Source: an uncultured delta proteobacterium (GTDB taxonomy: Bacteria; Desulfobacterota; Binatia; UBA9968). Taken from it: a DNA stretch of 64,000 nt. The stretch lies in assembly GCA_963816145.1 (NCBI GenBank), contig CAWFJP010000001.1, forward strand, positions 96,001-160,000, read 5' to 3'. The translations under genes were made by a program, and so were the position numbers. The notes under the pieces are model-generated. The model did no database searches, was not told where the DNA came from, and was given only the letters and a program-made list of their open reading frames with translations. Below are positions 1 to 11,306 of the stretch, in pieces. Within the stretch, counting starts at the first letter, position 1. Each line of letters starts with the position of its first letter.

Positions 1-3000
1 ACTGGTTTGGTGGACTATGTGCTGGCCGCCGAAAAGATTCGGACGCAGCTCATGACATTATGCGAAAGGTTCCCGTCCCCAGCGCAGCGGCACGGCCACC
101 GCCCTGTCGGACAATTTCCCCGAGACCCTGGAAAAGATATTCCAGGTCTTGCGCTCTCAGACCGGCCATGACTTCTCCGCTTATAAGAAGAGCACGATTT
201 GCCGGCGCATCGATCGGCGCATGAACCTGCAGCAAATTGAAAACCCTGCGGTCTACCTTCGGCTTTTGGAGCAAAACGCTCAGGAAGCCGCAGCGCTTTT
301 CAATGACCTGCTGATCGGCGTGACCAGCTTTTTTCGCGACCCGGAGGCTTTCAAGATTCTCAGTCGAGTCCTCAAACAGATGCTGGCGAAGACACCGAAA
401 GATTCTACCTTGCGGGTCTGGGTTCCCGGCTGTTCGAGCGGCGAGGAGGTCTATTCCATCGCGATCGTCCTGCGGGAATGCATGGACGCGTTAAAGAAGC
501 ACTTTGGCGTGCAGATTTTCGCCACGGACATCGACGCCGAGGCGATCGAGACGGCGCGCGCGGCAATCTATCCCGACAGCATCCGCAAAGATGTCGCGCC
601 GGCGCGGCTCAGGCGATTTTTCCTCGACGAAAGCGACGGCTATCACATCAAAAAAGAAATCCGCGAAATGGCGATTTTTTCGCTCCAGGATCTGGTCAAG
701 GACCCGCCGTTTACCAAACTCGACCTGCTCAGTTGTCGGAATTTGTTGATCTACCTGGATGCCGCATTGCAGAAAAGACTCGTGCCCCTGTTCTATTATG
801 CGTTGCGGCCGGATGGCATTCTCTTTCTTGGCCCCTCCGAATCGATCGACGGCTACGTCGATCTGTTCGCCGAGCGTAATCGGCGATGGAAGATCTTCAA
901 GCGCAAGCACTCGAAGCATGGGGCTGGAGCAACCCTGCCCTTTCCCTTTGCCCCGCGCCGCCACGAGACCGGCGAGACAACTTCCCGGGGACAAAGCGCC
1001 GCGAGCCGGGACACGCGGATCTCCGGAGTTGCGGAGAAGCTGCTGCTCGACCGCTACGCGCCGCCTTGCGCGCTGGTCAACAAATCCGGGGAGATTCTTT
1101 ACAGCCACGGCCCGACCAGCCGATATCTGGCGCTGCCCCAAGGCCAGGCAAGCTTGAACATCCTGGCCATGGCGCGCGGTAGCGTCAAGAACGCGCTCGC
1201 AACTCTCATGCGCCAAGCGAGCGCGCAAAAACGACCGGCTACGCGGGCCGGCGTGCAACTCAGGAGCGATGATAAATCTCACCGGCTGAACCTCATGGTC
1301 ACGCCTTATCACGGCGGTCAGGGAGCCGGGGAATTATTGCTGATCGTCTTCGAAGACGCCGGCCCGCGGAAACTAAAGACCCGAACAGGAGTGCGGCCGG
1401 CACCGCGCAATGCCGAGCAGGTGGCTCGATTGGAGCAGGAGCTATGGGATGCGCGGGAACAACTTCAAATGGCGCGCGCGGAGACCCAACCGCCCGAGGA
1501 AGAGCTTCGCTCGTATAACGAAGAACTGCAGTCAGCCAATGAAGAGCTGCAGAGTCTGAATGAAGAGCTCGAGACTTCCAAGGAAGAGCTCCAGTCGCTC
1601 AATGAAGAGCTGGCAACCGTCAACGCCGAGCTGCAAGGAAAAAATGCAGCCTTGTCTTCCGCCAACGATGACATCAGAAATCTCCTCGACAGCACAAAAA
1701 TCGCCACGCTCTTTCTCGATACCCGGCTGGGCATCAAGCGCTTCACCCCGGAAGTGGGCAAAATCATCAACCTGGTTCAGGAAGACATCGGCAGACCCGT
1801 GAGCCACTTCAAATCCAATTTGGTCGGCGACAATCTGGCCCAACATTCGCAAGAGGTGCTCGACACCCTCCTGCCGAAGGAAAATGAAATCAGCAGCACC
1901 GATGGCCGGTGGTACCTAAGCCGCATCCAGCCCTACCGAGCGACCCACAATGTCATCGGCGGCGTTGTCGTGACGTTCATCGACATTACCGAACGCAAGC
2001 GCTTGGAATTGGCTGCCGAGGAAGCGCGACAATTTGCCCAGGACATTGTCGAAACCGTGCGCGAGCCGCTGATCGTGCTCGACCGGGATTTCCATGTTGT
2101 ATCGGCCAACCAATCCTTTTACCGGAAATTCAAATTGACCGCGCCACTGACCGAACGGCGCCCTTTGTTCGAGCTCCATAAGCGGCAGTGGGATCTTCCC
2201 GAGCTGCGCCGGCTGCTGGAGAAAGTTCTTTCCGAGAATCACGCGTTCGATAATTTTATGATCGAACATGACTCTGCCGATCTCGGTCACACAGTGCTAT
2301 TGCTCAACGGACGCCGCATTCGGCGCGGCGCGCTGGGCGGCGACCTCATCCTGCTGGCATTCGAAGATATCACCGACCGTGAAAAAAGAGCCGAGCTGCG
2401 CGCCCTTGCGGCTCGCCTCCACGCCGTGCGGGAAGACGAGCGGACCCGGCTCGCCCGCGAGATTCACGATGAGCTGAGCGGCAGCCTGACCGCGCTAAAA
2501 TTGGATCTGTCTCTCCTGCCGGACCGAGCAGCCAAGGATCACAAGTTGTTTTTGGACAAATTGCGATCCATGTCCCAACTGATCGACACGACGTTGGCTC
2601 AAGTTCACACTATCGTCGCGGATCTGCGTCCGGTGGTTCTCGATAAACTGGGCCTGGTTGCAGCCATGGAATGGCAAGCCCGGGAATTTCAAGAGCGCTC
2701 GGGGATCGCCTGTGAGACTCATCTGCCGGCCGACGAGATTGCTCTGGACCCCGACCGAGCCACGGCGTTTTTCCGGATCTTCCAAGAGACCCTGACTAAC
2801 GTCGCGCGCCATGCCAACGCCACTAAAGTAACCGTGGAGCTGAAACGCGAAGCGGACAGTTTGATTCTGGCGGTGCGCGATAATGGAAAAGGTATCGACG
2901 AAGCGGCCATTAACGCCGCGAACTCGCTCGGCCTACTAGGCATCCGCGAGCGGGCGACCGCCTTTGGCGGAAACATAGAACTGACCGGGTTGCCGGAGCG

Positions 3001-3037
3001 CGGCACTTGCGTGACGGTGCGGATCCCGATCGGTTAA
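1..3037 (+). CDS. CheB/CheR fusion with PAS domains and C-terminal HisKA_3/HATPase histidine kinase (5'-partial; frameshift near nt 58)
   Basis: Frame 1 at the window start reads TGLVDYVLAAEKI (CheB end). The ORF has CheR motifs (IGVTSFFRD, RVWVPGCSSGEE, DLLSCRNLLIY), an EELQSxNEEL coiled coil, PAS domains, AREIHDEL H-box and DNGKG/LGLLGIRER. Confidence 0.9.
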
Positions 3038-3055
3038 CCCGAGAGCAATTTGCCG

Positions 3056-3685
3056 ATGAAAATTCTTATCGCCGACGATCATCCAATTTTTCGCGCTGGC
3101 TTGAAAGAATTTCTCGGCAAGGAGAAGGACGTGAAGGTGATCGGAGAGGCTGACAATGGTCGTAAAGCTCTGGAGCTTGCCCGCAAGCAGCGCTGGGATG
3201 TGGTGCTGCTCGACCTCACGATGCCCGGCACCGATGGCCTGGAGGCCCTGCAAGAACTGCGGCGCGAACAGCCGAAGCTTCCCGTGCTGATTTTGAGCGC
3301 TCACCCGGAAGATCAGCTGGCTTTGAGATTGTTGAAAGCCGGAGCCGCGGGATACCTCACCAAGGACAAAGCGCCCGAGGTTCTGCTCGCCGCCGTCAGA
3401 AAAGTTTTACGCGGCGAAAAATACATCAGCGAGTCGCTGGCGGCGAAGGTTACTTTGGATGTGGTAACCGGGGCAAAGCCGGCCCTGCACGAGGCGCTTT
3501 CCCATCGAGAGTATCAGGTCATGCGCATGATCGCCGCAGGAAAAGCGATTAAAGAGATCGCTGCAGAACTTTTCCTGAGCGTTCGAACCGTCAGCACCTA
3601 CCGCGCGCGCTTGCTTGAAAAGATGAAAATGAAAACCAACGCAGACCTCATCCGCTACGCTTTGCAGCACAATCTTGTCGACTAG
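3056..3685 (+). CDS. NarL/UvrY-type response regulator (REC + LuxR HTH)
   Basis: ILIADDH, DLTMP, LSHREYQV, LSVRTVSTYRARLLEKM; directly follows the kinase. Confidence 0.95.
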   Translation: MKILIADDHPIFRAGLKEFLGKEKDVKVIGEADNGRKALELARKQRWDVVLLDLTMPGTDGLEALQELRREQPKLPVLILSAHPEDQLALRLLKAGAAGYLTKDKAPEVLLAAVRKVLRGEKYISESLAAKVTLDVVTGAKPALHEALSHREYQVMRMIAAGKAIKEIAAELFLSVRTVSTYRARLLEKMKMKTNADLIRYALQHNLVD

Positions 3686-3744
3686 CCGCTCCGTCCGGAT
3701 TTTGCGTCCTGTCTGTCATTCCCCGTCACCTTCCGGTCACCAAA

Positions 3745-3790
3745 CCTTTGTAGTCCTAGAACGGACACAACAATCATGCTTTTGCCGACA
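3745..3790 (+). promoter_or_regulatory. Repeated operator-like motif, copy 1
   Basis: CCTTTGTAGTCCTAGAACGGACACAacAATCATGCTTTTG matches 10110-10149 at 38/40. Confidence 0.6.
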
Positions 3791-4074
3791 GCGTGCCCTC
3801 GGTTCGACGTGCTAGTACTTTGAGCGAATTGCCGGGGTTATGGCGAAAAACAACCCGGTCGCGCTTTGACCAACCTCAACCGCAACGACGCTCAGAAGAT
3901 CACGCCTGTGAAAGGGGCATAGTAAATTGGCAGGGGCCGAATCGATCAAGGCTTCTGTTTCGGCGCGTGAGTTTCGCAACGATACACACATGAGTTGGCT
4001 TGCCTTTAAAATGGCATGCTCGTGAGCTTAGCGTTAATGGATTTTACTCATGACAACCTGGCGATTTACCATTT

Positions 4075-4902
4075 ATGAATGGAATAGAAACTGAACTTGA
4101 ACAAACGGGAGAATCCGCTGTAGCGCTGCGGGATGGATATCCGGAGTCCCGGAAGAAAGCTAGGTGGGCTGGAAATCCAGTCTTGGCCGATCGGCTACAT
4201 CTGTATCGGCGACTTGTACCTATTCCCATCGCTGTGGTCTTGTTGGTGATTTTTCCGCCGCAATTGTCGGGCGATCCATCTATCGATGTGCCGATAAGCG
4301 CCATTGGTTTTCTTCTGTGTGCGACCGGCCAATCGCTCCGGCTCTGGGCCTGGGGAAGCAACCCACGGACCGAACAAGCGCCGGTCCGCGAGCGCGGCGC
4401 TTACGCCCTGATGCGCCATCCGCTTTACGCCGGCAACTTCCTCATAGTCGCCGGACTGACCGTGACCCACAACAACCCCATGGCCTATGTGCTTTTACTC
4501 GCGCCTTTCGCGTTCGTCTATCACTTGATCACGCGAACCGAAGAGCAATCGATGATGCGACGATTTCCAACTGCTTATGAGCAATATATGGCAAGGTCGT
4601 CGTCGCGATTTTTGCCGGTGACTGGCAACCTGGCTGGGGCACTCCAAACAACCTTCCCTTTCACTTGGAACTTTGCCTGGCGCAAGGAATACCCCTCGTG
4701 CTGCGCTTGGCTCGCCGGACTCGCCGGCTTGGAGCTTTACAAACAACTGCTGGCTTACGGCTGGACGCTGTCCTGGTCCACCTGGGTATGTGTCGGCGTC
4801 ATTTTTAGCTCTGGAACCCATACGCTCATCCTAAGGCATCGGAAACAACGCGCTAAGATCGTCAGCGCCGCCTGGCAGCGCGAAACGCAGTCGTCAAACT
4901 GA
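4075..4902 (+). CDS. Isoprenylcysteine carboxylmethyltransferase/PEMT-family membrane methyltransferase
   Basis: GAYALMRHPLYAGN, TRTEE and YEQY motifs; several TM segments. True start may be downstream. Confidence 0.8.
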   Translation: MNGIETELEQTGESAVALRDGYPESRKKARWAGNPVLADRLHLYRRLVPIPIAVVLLVIFPPQLSGDPSIDVPISAIGFLLCATGQSLRLWAWGSNPRTEQAPVRERGAYALMRHPLYAGNFLIVAGLTVTHNNPMAYVLLLAPFAFVYHLITRTEEQSMMRRFPTAYEQYMARSSSRFLPVTGNLAGALQTTFPFTWNFAWRKEYPSCCAWLAGLAGLELYKQLLAYGWTLSWSTWVCVGVIFSSGTHTLILRHRKQRAKIVSAAWQRETQSSN

Positions 4903-4979
4903 CATCGAAGAGTTCGCTGTTTTTATTCGTGCTAAACCCAGCACGAATTCCGAATATTGTCAGATCGATCGCGCCGCTG

Positions 4980-5000
4980 TGTAGTGCTAGAACGGACACA
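4980..5000 (+). promoter_or_regulatory. Repeated operator-like motif, copy 2 (core only)
   Basis: TGTAGTGCTAGAACGGACACA, 20/21 to the other copies; lies between convergent genes. Confidence 0.5.
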
Positions 5001-5062
5001 TATGCATTGCTCTTTCGAGCTCATCCAAGATGCGATTGATACGCCTGCCGAACTCGGAATGT

Positions 5063-5725
5063 TTATTTCTGTAGCGAAGTGAGCCCCTCTCGAACGGCAT
5101 ATTTGGTGAGCCCGGCGACGCTGTGGATGTCCAAATTGTCCATGATCTGCTTGCGGTGGGTTTCCACGGTTTTTACGCTGACGTAAAGCGTCGCGGCTAT
5201 TTCTTTGGTGGATTTGCCCTCGGCAATGAGCTGGAGAACTTCCTGTTCGCGCTTTGACAGTTTGGCTCGCTGTGATCTGGCTTTGGAACCGAGGCGTCCG
5301 AGAGACTGTCCCACAACAACACCCGTTATGGCGGGGCTGAGATATATCTGACCTTTCAGGACTGCTTTAATCGCGACTGAAAGTTCCTCAAAGGCCGCGT
5401 CCTTTAGTAGATATCCTGACGCCCCGGCTTCAAGAATTCCCAGCACAAAACCACTCTCGGTATGCATGGACAAAGCAAGGACCTTTGACCGCGGCGCTTC
5501 GGCGCGCACCTGCCGGGTCGCCTCAATGCCGTTCAGATCGGGCATGGCGATATCCGTGATAACGATATCCGGCTGCAATTGCTTGGCGAGTCTCACTGCG
5601 CTACGCCCATTATCCGCTTCTGCAACCACCTGAAAGCCATCGCGCTCAAGCAAAGCGCGCAGTCCTTCTCTGAGCAGCCTGTGATCATCGGCAATGAGAA
5701 TGGTTTGGGTCATGGAACTTTTCAC
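5063..5725 (-). CDS. NarL/LuxR-family response regulator
   Basis: ILIADDH, DIAMP, GYLLKD, LSKREQEVLQLIAEG, VKTVETHR. Confidence 0.95.
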   Translation of the reverse strand: MKSSMTQTILIADDHRLLREGLRALLERDGFQVVAEADNGRSAVRLAKQLQPDIVITDIAMPDLNGIEATRQVRAEAPRSKVLALSMHTESGFVLGILEAGASGYLLKDAAFEELSVAIKAVLKGQIYLSPAITGVVVGQSLGRLGSKARSQRAKLSKREQEVLQLIAEGKSTKEIAATLYVSVKTVETHRKQIMDNLDIHSVAGLTKYAVREGLTSLQK

Positions 5726-5729
5726 CCGG

Positions 5730-7975
5730 TTAAGCAGGGACCGTCACGGTCGCTCTAGTACCCTTTCCCGGAGCAGAATGGATCTGCAGCTCGCCGCCCA
5801 ACAGCGCTAAACGCTCACGGATGCTAAACAAGCCAAACCCTCTGGTGGTGGAGTTGGCAAGAGTCACGAAAGATGAGTCGAATCCGCAGCCATCGTCCAC
5901 GACCTGAATGGTCACAGCCGCTTCACTCCCTTTCAGGATAACCGTCGCCTGTTTTGCTCGCGCATGCTTGGCAACGTTAACGAGCAGTTCGCGGGCCGCC
6001 TGAAAGAGGATCACCCGGCGGTCTTCCCTGATCGCTCTTCGTAATGGCGTTATCTCTGCTGCGCAGCGCAGACCGTATTTCGCCTGACTTTGCTCCGCCA
6101 GCCAATCGATAGCCGCTTCCAACCCCAGCTCGTACAGCACCTGCGGGCAAAGATCGCGAATCAAAGAGCGCATGTCTTTTATGGACTGGTCGAGGAGTGT
6201 CCGGACCTGTTCGATAGAAGCCGAATACGGAACGGGCAGCACAGTGTTTAGCTCGCCCAACTTCATTTTCGCGAGCATCAAGTTTTGCCCGACGTCGTCG
6301 TGGAGTTCATCGGCGATTTGACGCCTCTCCTTTTCCTGGGTCAAGGAAACTTCCGCGGCCAGATTTCTTAAGGCCTCCCGGTGCGACCGGAGCGTCTCCT
6401 CAAACGACTTACGCTCTGTAATGTCGACAACATTCGCGACCATGCGATGAGGCCGGCCGTTAAGTCGCATCATGGCTCCATTGACGGAGACCCAAATGAG
6501 CTTGCCGTCCTTTCGGACATATCGCTTTTCTATTGACCACATGCCGGCTTTTCCCTTTACGACCTTCTGAATCTCGGCCAGGTCGCGGGTGCGATCCTCG
6601 GGACAAGTGATATCCCGAGAGGTCATGTTGAGAAGTTCCTCTTCCGTATAACCAGTCATGTCGCAGAACTTTCTGTTGACGCGGGTAAAGCGGCGCGTAT
6701 CAGGATCAGATTGAGCATTGCCCACCGCGGCGAGCTCGAACATGGAGCGAAACTCTTCTTCCCTCGCCTTGAGTGCCTCATCAGCCAACTTGCGATCGCT
6801 GATATCACTATGAATGCCGACCATGCGTAGCGGTCGTCCCCTGTGGTCTCGTTCGATCAGCCGCCCCGCGTCGTGAATCCATTTGTAGGAACCGTCCGCC
6901 ATCCGCAACCGGAAATCGCAATTGTAGAATTCACTTTCACCGGCAAAGTGGGCCGCCACGAGGCGGTTGACATTTTCCAAGTCATCCGGATGCAAGCTGT
7001 CAAAAAAACGCCGCGCATCGGTGCCGAAGGTCCCGGGCGCGTATCCCAGCATCGTGCAGAAGCGGTCGTTCACATCGATGGTGTCGGCCGGGATATTCCA
7101 GTCCCAAGTCCCCACATCGGCACCGGTGATGATAGTCGACAACTTGTCACGAGACTCGCGTATCTCTTCTTCCGCCTGCTTGCCCTCCGTCAGGTCCTGG
7201 ATGAGCGCAAAAAACCCCCGCACCCGATCCATGTTGGCGATCGGGAACGTACGTAACCCGGACATAACGCCGCCCTGCTCCCCTATAGGGTATGAACTCT
7301 TCGAACGTCACCAACTGACCCGATAAGGCGGCTTCGACTCGGCGGCGAATAGCCTGGTAGGCCTTCTCGCCCAAGACCTGCTTGAGGTGCTTTCCTTCGA
7401 CATATTCGCGTGGATGGCCAAACCAGTGCTCATAACCTTTGTTGATAAAGCGATAGCGTTGATTTTCATCCACGTAGGATACCAGCATCGGGAGATCGTC
7501 GGTAAAATGCCGAAGCCGTTCTTCGCTTTGACGCAGTGCTCGCTCGCTCCGTTTGCGGTCCGTGATATCCGAATGGGTGATAACCGCGCCGGCAGCAGTT
7601 TTTTTTTGCCGGAGCACAGTCATTTTGAACCAGCGCTCCTGCGAAGGGGACGAGCACTCATAGTCCATGGTGAAGTGGCGCTTCGTGCCGTTCAGCACGG
7701 CCGCAATTGCCTTCAAAGCTTGCTCGGCGGCTCCATTCCCTGCTTTTGCCGCCTGCCGGCAAACATCTAGGTAGTTCGCACCGACGGAGACGCGCGATGC
7801 GTTAGCCGCGCCGTTTTGTGTTGCAAACTTTTCCCAGGCCTCGTTGACTGCGGTGATGGTTCCTCGCCCGTCCAAGACAGCGATATGGTCGTCAAGGGAT
7901 TCAAGAATCGCCCAGGCAAATCGCGGTGATTCTTTCGATGCTTTTTCTCTCAGCTTGCGTAAAGAAATATCCCAC
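5730..7975 (-). CDS. Multi-PAS sensor histidine kinase (HisKA_3); frameshift near 7235, start uncertain
   Basis: ORFs 7147-7875 and 5730-7265 join into about four PAS/PAC units, IADELHDDVGQ and DDGCG/GFGLFSIRER. Confidence 0.85.
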
Positions 7976-8542
7976 CCCCGGGGGAAGCCCTAAGCGGCTT
8001 CATTCTCAAAAATTAATAGCTCACTCAAGCAAGACATCTATTCGCAAGCGAGAGGTTATTTTTCCACTAACCTAGCATCCCTCCGTTTCAGTCCGGCTTA
8101 AATTTCCGCAGAACAGAGAACGAAGCCCCGCTTATTCAGTTCTTAGCGATACCAGGCAATCTTGTACAAGTTCCTGCGGTGATCGTGGACAGAAAGACAT
8201 CCATTCACGTGATTGATGACCGCATACCCGCTGGTGGTTAACTCGAATGGCCTGCTGGGATGCAACTCCAATATCTAGTCTACAATTTCTTGCAATTGAA
8301 AACCATCAGGGATTTCGAACACAAAATTCAGGGAATTCAATGTTTGCAAGAACACGGGTACGTGTTTAATTGCACAACGGATAGGACAGGACTCTGCTCA
8401 AATCAAGCAGGGCTCAGCAGGCTAGGTGAGAAAACAGCTTGGTACAGATGACTAGAGCCGCGAGTCGGCGCCGGCGGAAAGTGAATCGCCGACGGAATCG
8501 ATGTGTATCTTGCCCGTATATAATGCCAGTAGGTGATTTGAC

Positions 8543-9007
8543 ATGAAGACACGAGTTCTTGTGGCGGAAGACAACAAAGACGTGCTTGAGCTTTTATGTC
8601 GGCAATTGGATTTTCTCGGCTACAACGTAATGGCTGCAAGAAACGGTTTGGAGGCGGTGGCGCTGGCGCTGTTTCAACATCCAGACGTGATCGTAATGGA
8701 CATCCTGATGCCCGAAATGGACGGTCTTGAAGCGGTCTCGCTAATCCGAGATAACCCGAAGACGCGAGAAATTCCTATTTTGGCAACCACCGCGTGGGTG
8801 GACTTTTCCTCCAGCCGAGACAAATATCTGAAAAGTGGCTTTGACGGTTACATCGCCAAGCCTTTTACGCTCAGAGACTTTCAGAACGCCATCGGAAAAC
8901 TTCTAAGAAACTCGCCTGAGGGCTCAGTGACAGGTGAACAGCTGGTTGATTCAATGGACCAGTCCAATGCAATCGCACCTGCTGTTTCCGCCAAGCCAAT
9001 TTTCTAG
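8543..9007 (+). CDS. Single-domain response regulator (CheY/DivK-like)
   Basis: VLVAEDN, MDILMPEMDG, YIAKPF. Confidence 0.9.
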   Translation: MKTRVLVAEDNKDVLELLCRQLDFLGYNVMAARNGLEAVALALFQHPDVIVMDILMPEMDGLEAVSLIRDNPKTREIPILATTAWVDFSSSRDKYLKSGFDGYIAKPFTLRDFQNAIGKLLRNSPEGSVTGEQLVDSMDQSNAIAPAVSAKPIF

Positions 9008-9091
9008 CCGTTATCGACGAGGATGTGAATCGGATTTGAACATTCACAGCTTGACTTAACGCGCTAGAAACACCCCTCGGAGGACATCATT

Positions 9092-10060
9092 ATGTACTTG
9101 ACACCAAACAAATCACAGGGTTCGGCGACTCGCTGCGGAATCGTATTATCTGCCGGAAACGGAACGCGGCTACGCGAGTTTGTCCATCAGCGACGGGGCG
9201 ACCACTTGCCCAAACAATACAACAACTTCACCGGCAGACGCTCTATGCTGGAGCATACCTATGATCGGGCGGAAAGATTGATCCCCGCACAGAGGCTTTT
9301 TGTCGTCGTCGCCAAAGAACATCTCAGATTCTGCGAAGTTCGCCAGCAGCTTGCCTTGAGACCACCGGAGACGGTGGTTATTCAACCCGTCAACAAGGAA
9401 ACCTCTCCCGGCGTTTTGCTTCCACTAATGCGGCTTTATAAACGCTATCCCGATGCAATTGTCGCCTTGTTTCCCTCGGATCATTACGTTCTTGAAGAAG
9501 ATCTTTTTATGCGTCATGTCGACGACGCATTCCGGCTGGTCGAATCGGATATTTCCCGCATGGTCCTTTTAGGCCTCGAGCCCGACGGACCGGACCCGGA
9601 ATACGGTTATATTGTCCCAGGGGAAACAATTGATGCTTCCCGATCTGATTCGGCGAGACGGGTCGAGATGTTCGTGGAAAAACCATCCATCGCAGCAACA
9701 GCGAAAATTATTGCCAGCGGCGCGCTATGGAATACCAAGGTTATGGTCTTCGCTTGTGAAACCTTATTATCCGTAATCGAATGTGGCGCACCACAGCTCT
9801 ATCGTTCTTTTGAGCCGATCCAAAATGCTCTTGGGATGGCCGATGAGCAGGAGGTGATCGAACAAGTTTATCAAACCTTGCCGTCGCATAATTTTTCCAA
9901 GGGTGTTCTTGAGGCACTTTCATTCGAGCATCGCCGGGCGCTCTTAGTTCTTCCAGTGCGGGGTGTCACCTGGAGCGATTGGGGAACGGTTAATCACCTG
10001 TCGAGCATGCGGCGCAACAACTTGCACGCATCGGGATATGTTTTCAATCAGCAAGCGTAG
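9092..10060 (+). CDS. Mannose-1-phosphate guanylyltransferase-like nucleotidyltransferase (paralog 1)
   Basis: LSAGNGTRL, PKQY, FPSDH, YGYI, FVEKP, WSDWG; no isomerase domain. Confidence 0.85.
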   Translation: MYLTPNKSQGSATRCGIVLSAGNGTRLREFVHQRRGDHLPKQYNNFTGRRSMLEHTYDRAERLIPAQRLFVVVAKEHLRFCEVRQQLALRPPETVVIQPVNKETSPGVLLPLMRLYKRYPDAIVALFPSDHYVLEEDLFMRHVDDAFRLVESDISRMVLLGLEPDGPDPEYGYIVPGETIDASRSDSARRVEMFVEKPSIAATAKIIASGALWNTKVMVFACETLLSVIECGAPQLYRSFEPIQNALGMADEQEVIEQVYQTLPSHNFSKGVLEALSFEHRRALLVLPVRGVTWSDWGTVNHLSSMRRNNLHASGYVFNQQA

Positions 10061-10109
10061 CTCAAGATACGCAGCCAATTGGGCGTGCCTATGTCACCCA
10101 ACGAAGCAG

Positions 10110-10149
10110 CCTTTGTAGTCCTAGAACGGACACATTAATCATGCTTTTG
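10110..10149 (+). promoter_or_regulatory. Repeated operator-like motif, copy 3
   Basis: Near-identical to 3745-3784; upstream of nucleotidyltransferase paralog 2. Confidence 0.6.
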
Positions 10150-10237
10150 GAGACTATTGCTCCAAGGCTCCGGTTGATAGAAATATCTCCTCTTCTGCAA
10201 GTCTTTGCTGCGCCTAACCGGGATCGCTGGAGGAGCC

Positions 10238-11296
10238 GTGTACGACGTAAATAGAATCGATGCAGCCAGGTCCGATCATCGCTGGGGAATAGTTTTGGCG
10301 GGCGGAAATGGCACGCGACTGCGCGACTTGGTCTATCGCAAGCGCGCCGACTATCTGCCCAAACAATACCTCAACTTCACCGGTAAACGGTCGATGTTGG
10401 AGCACACCTTGGACCGCGCCGAAAAGTTGATTCCGGCGCCGAAACTTCTCACTGTCATCGCCAAGGAACACCTTCAGTTCCCCGAGGTAAGCCGCCAGAT
10501 CGCTGCGAGACCGCAAGAGTGCATCATCGTTCAGCCGGAGAACAAAGATACCGGACCCGGCATTCTTCTGCCGTTGATGCATCTGCACAAGCGCAATCCT
10601 GCCGCCGTCGTGACGATTTTTCCCGCCGATCATTTTATCCTTGAAGAGCGCGTCTTTATGCAGCATGTCGAGCAAGCGTTCCACATCGTCGAGACAGATG
10701 ACTCGCGCATGGTCCTTTTAGGCACGGAGCCGACCGAGCCGGATGCGGAGTACGGTTACGTCCTCTACGAGGAACAAATCGACAAGTTATATCTCGACGG
10801 AGGTAGAACCGTTGAGATGTTTGTCGAAAAACCCCCGGCGGACGCAGCCAAGCGGATGATGCGAAACGGAGCCCTGTGGAATACCCTCATTTTAGTTGCC
10901 ACATGCGAAACATTGTTGCGGGCGATCAAGGGCGTGGCGCCCAGGCTGTATGGCGCCTTCGAGACCATCCAAGACGCCATCGGAACCGCCGATGAGCAGC
11001 GCGTGACTGAACGCGTTTATCAAACCTTGCCTTCGGTGAATTTTGCCAAAGACATGCTTGAAGTTCTTCCTTATGAGTTTCGGCGAGCGCTGCGAGTGCT
11101 TCCCGTGCGCGGCGTCACCTGGAGCGATTGGGGAACAGCGGATCGCCTGTCGAGCAGCGTGCGCGACATGGGCGCATCGGCGCATCTACCATCGGTAAGC
11201 GTGCGTCAAGACCCGCAGCAAGTTGGCCATGGCTTGAACAAGGTCACCGGCAGCAGCGCTTTAGAGAATCGACGTATGGCTGTCAAAGAAAGCTGA
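10238..11296 (+). CDS. Mannose-1-phosphate guanylyltransferase-like nucleotidyltransferase (paralog 2)
   Basis: LAGGNGTRL, PKQY, FPADH, FVEKP, WSDWG; GGAGG before GTG 10238. Confidence 0.85.
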   Translation: MYDVNRIDAARSDHRWGIVLAGGNGTRLRDLVYRKRADYLPKQYLNFTGKRSMLEHTLDRAEKLIPAPKLLTVIAKEHLQFPEVSRQIAARPQECIIVQPENKDTGPGILLPLMHLHKRNPAAVVTIFPADHFILEERVFMQHVEQAFHIVETDDSRMVLLGTEPTEPDAEYGYVLYEEQIDKLYLDGGRTVEMFVEKPPADAAKRMMRNGALWNTLILVATCETLLRAIKGVAPRLYGAFETIQDAIGTADEQRVTERVYQTLPSVNFAKDMLEVLPYEFRRALRVLPVRGVTWSDWGTADRLSSSVRDMGASAHLPSVSVRQDPQQVGHGLNKVTGSSALENRRMAVKES

Positions 11297-11306
11297 GGAA
11301 TTACCT

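Noticed and set aside
3745-10149. Repeated motif as a CRISPR array
   Set aside because: Copies are kilobases apart, with no spacers and no cas genes.
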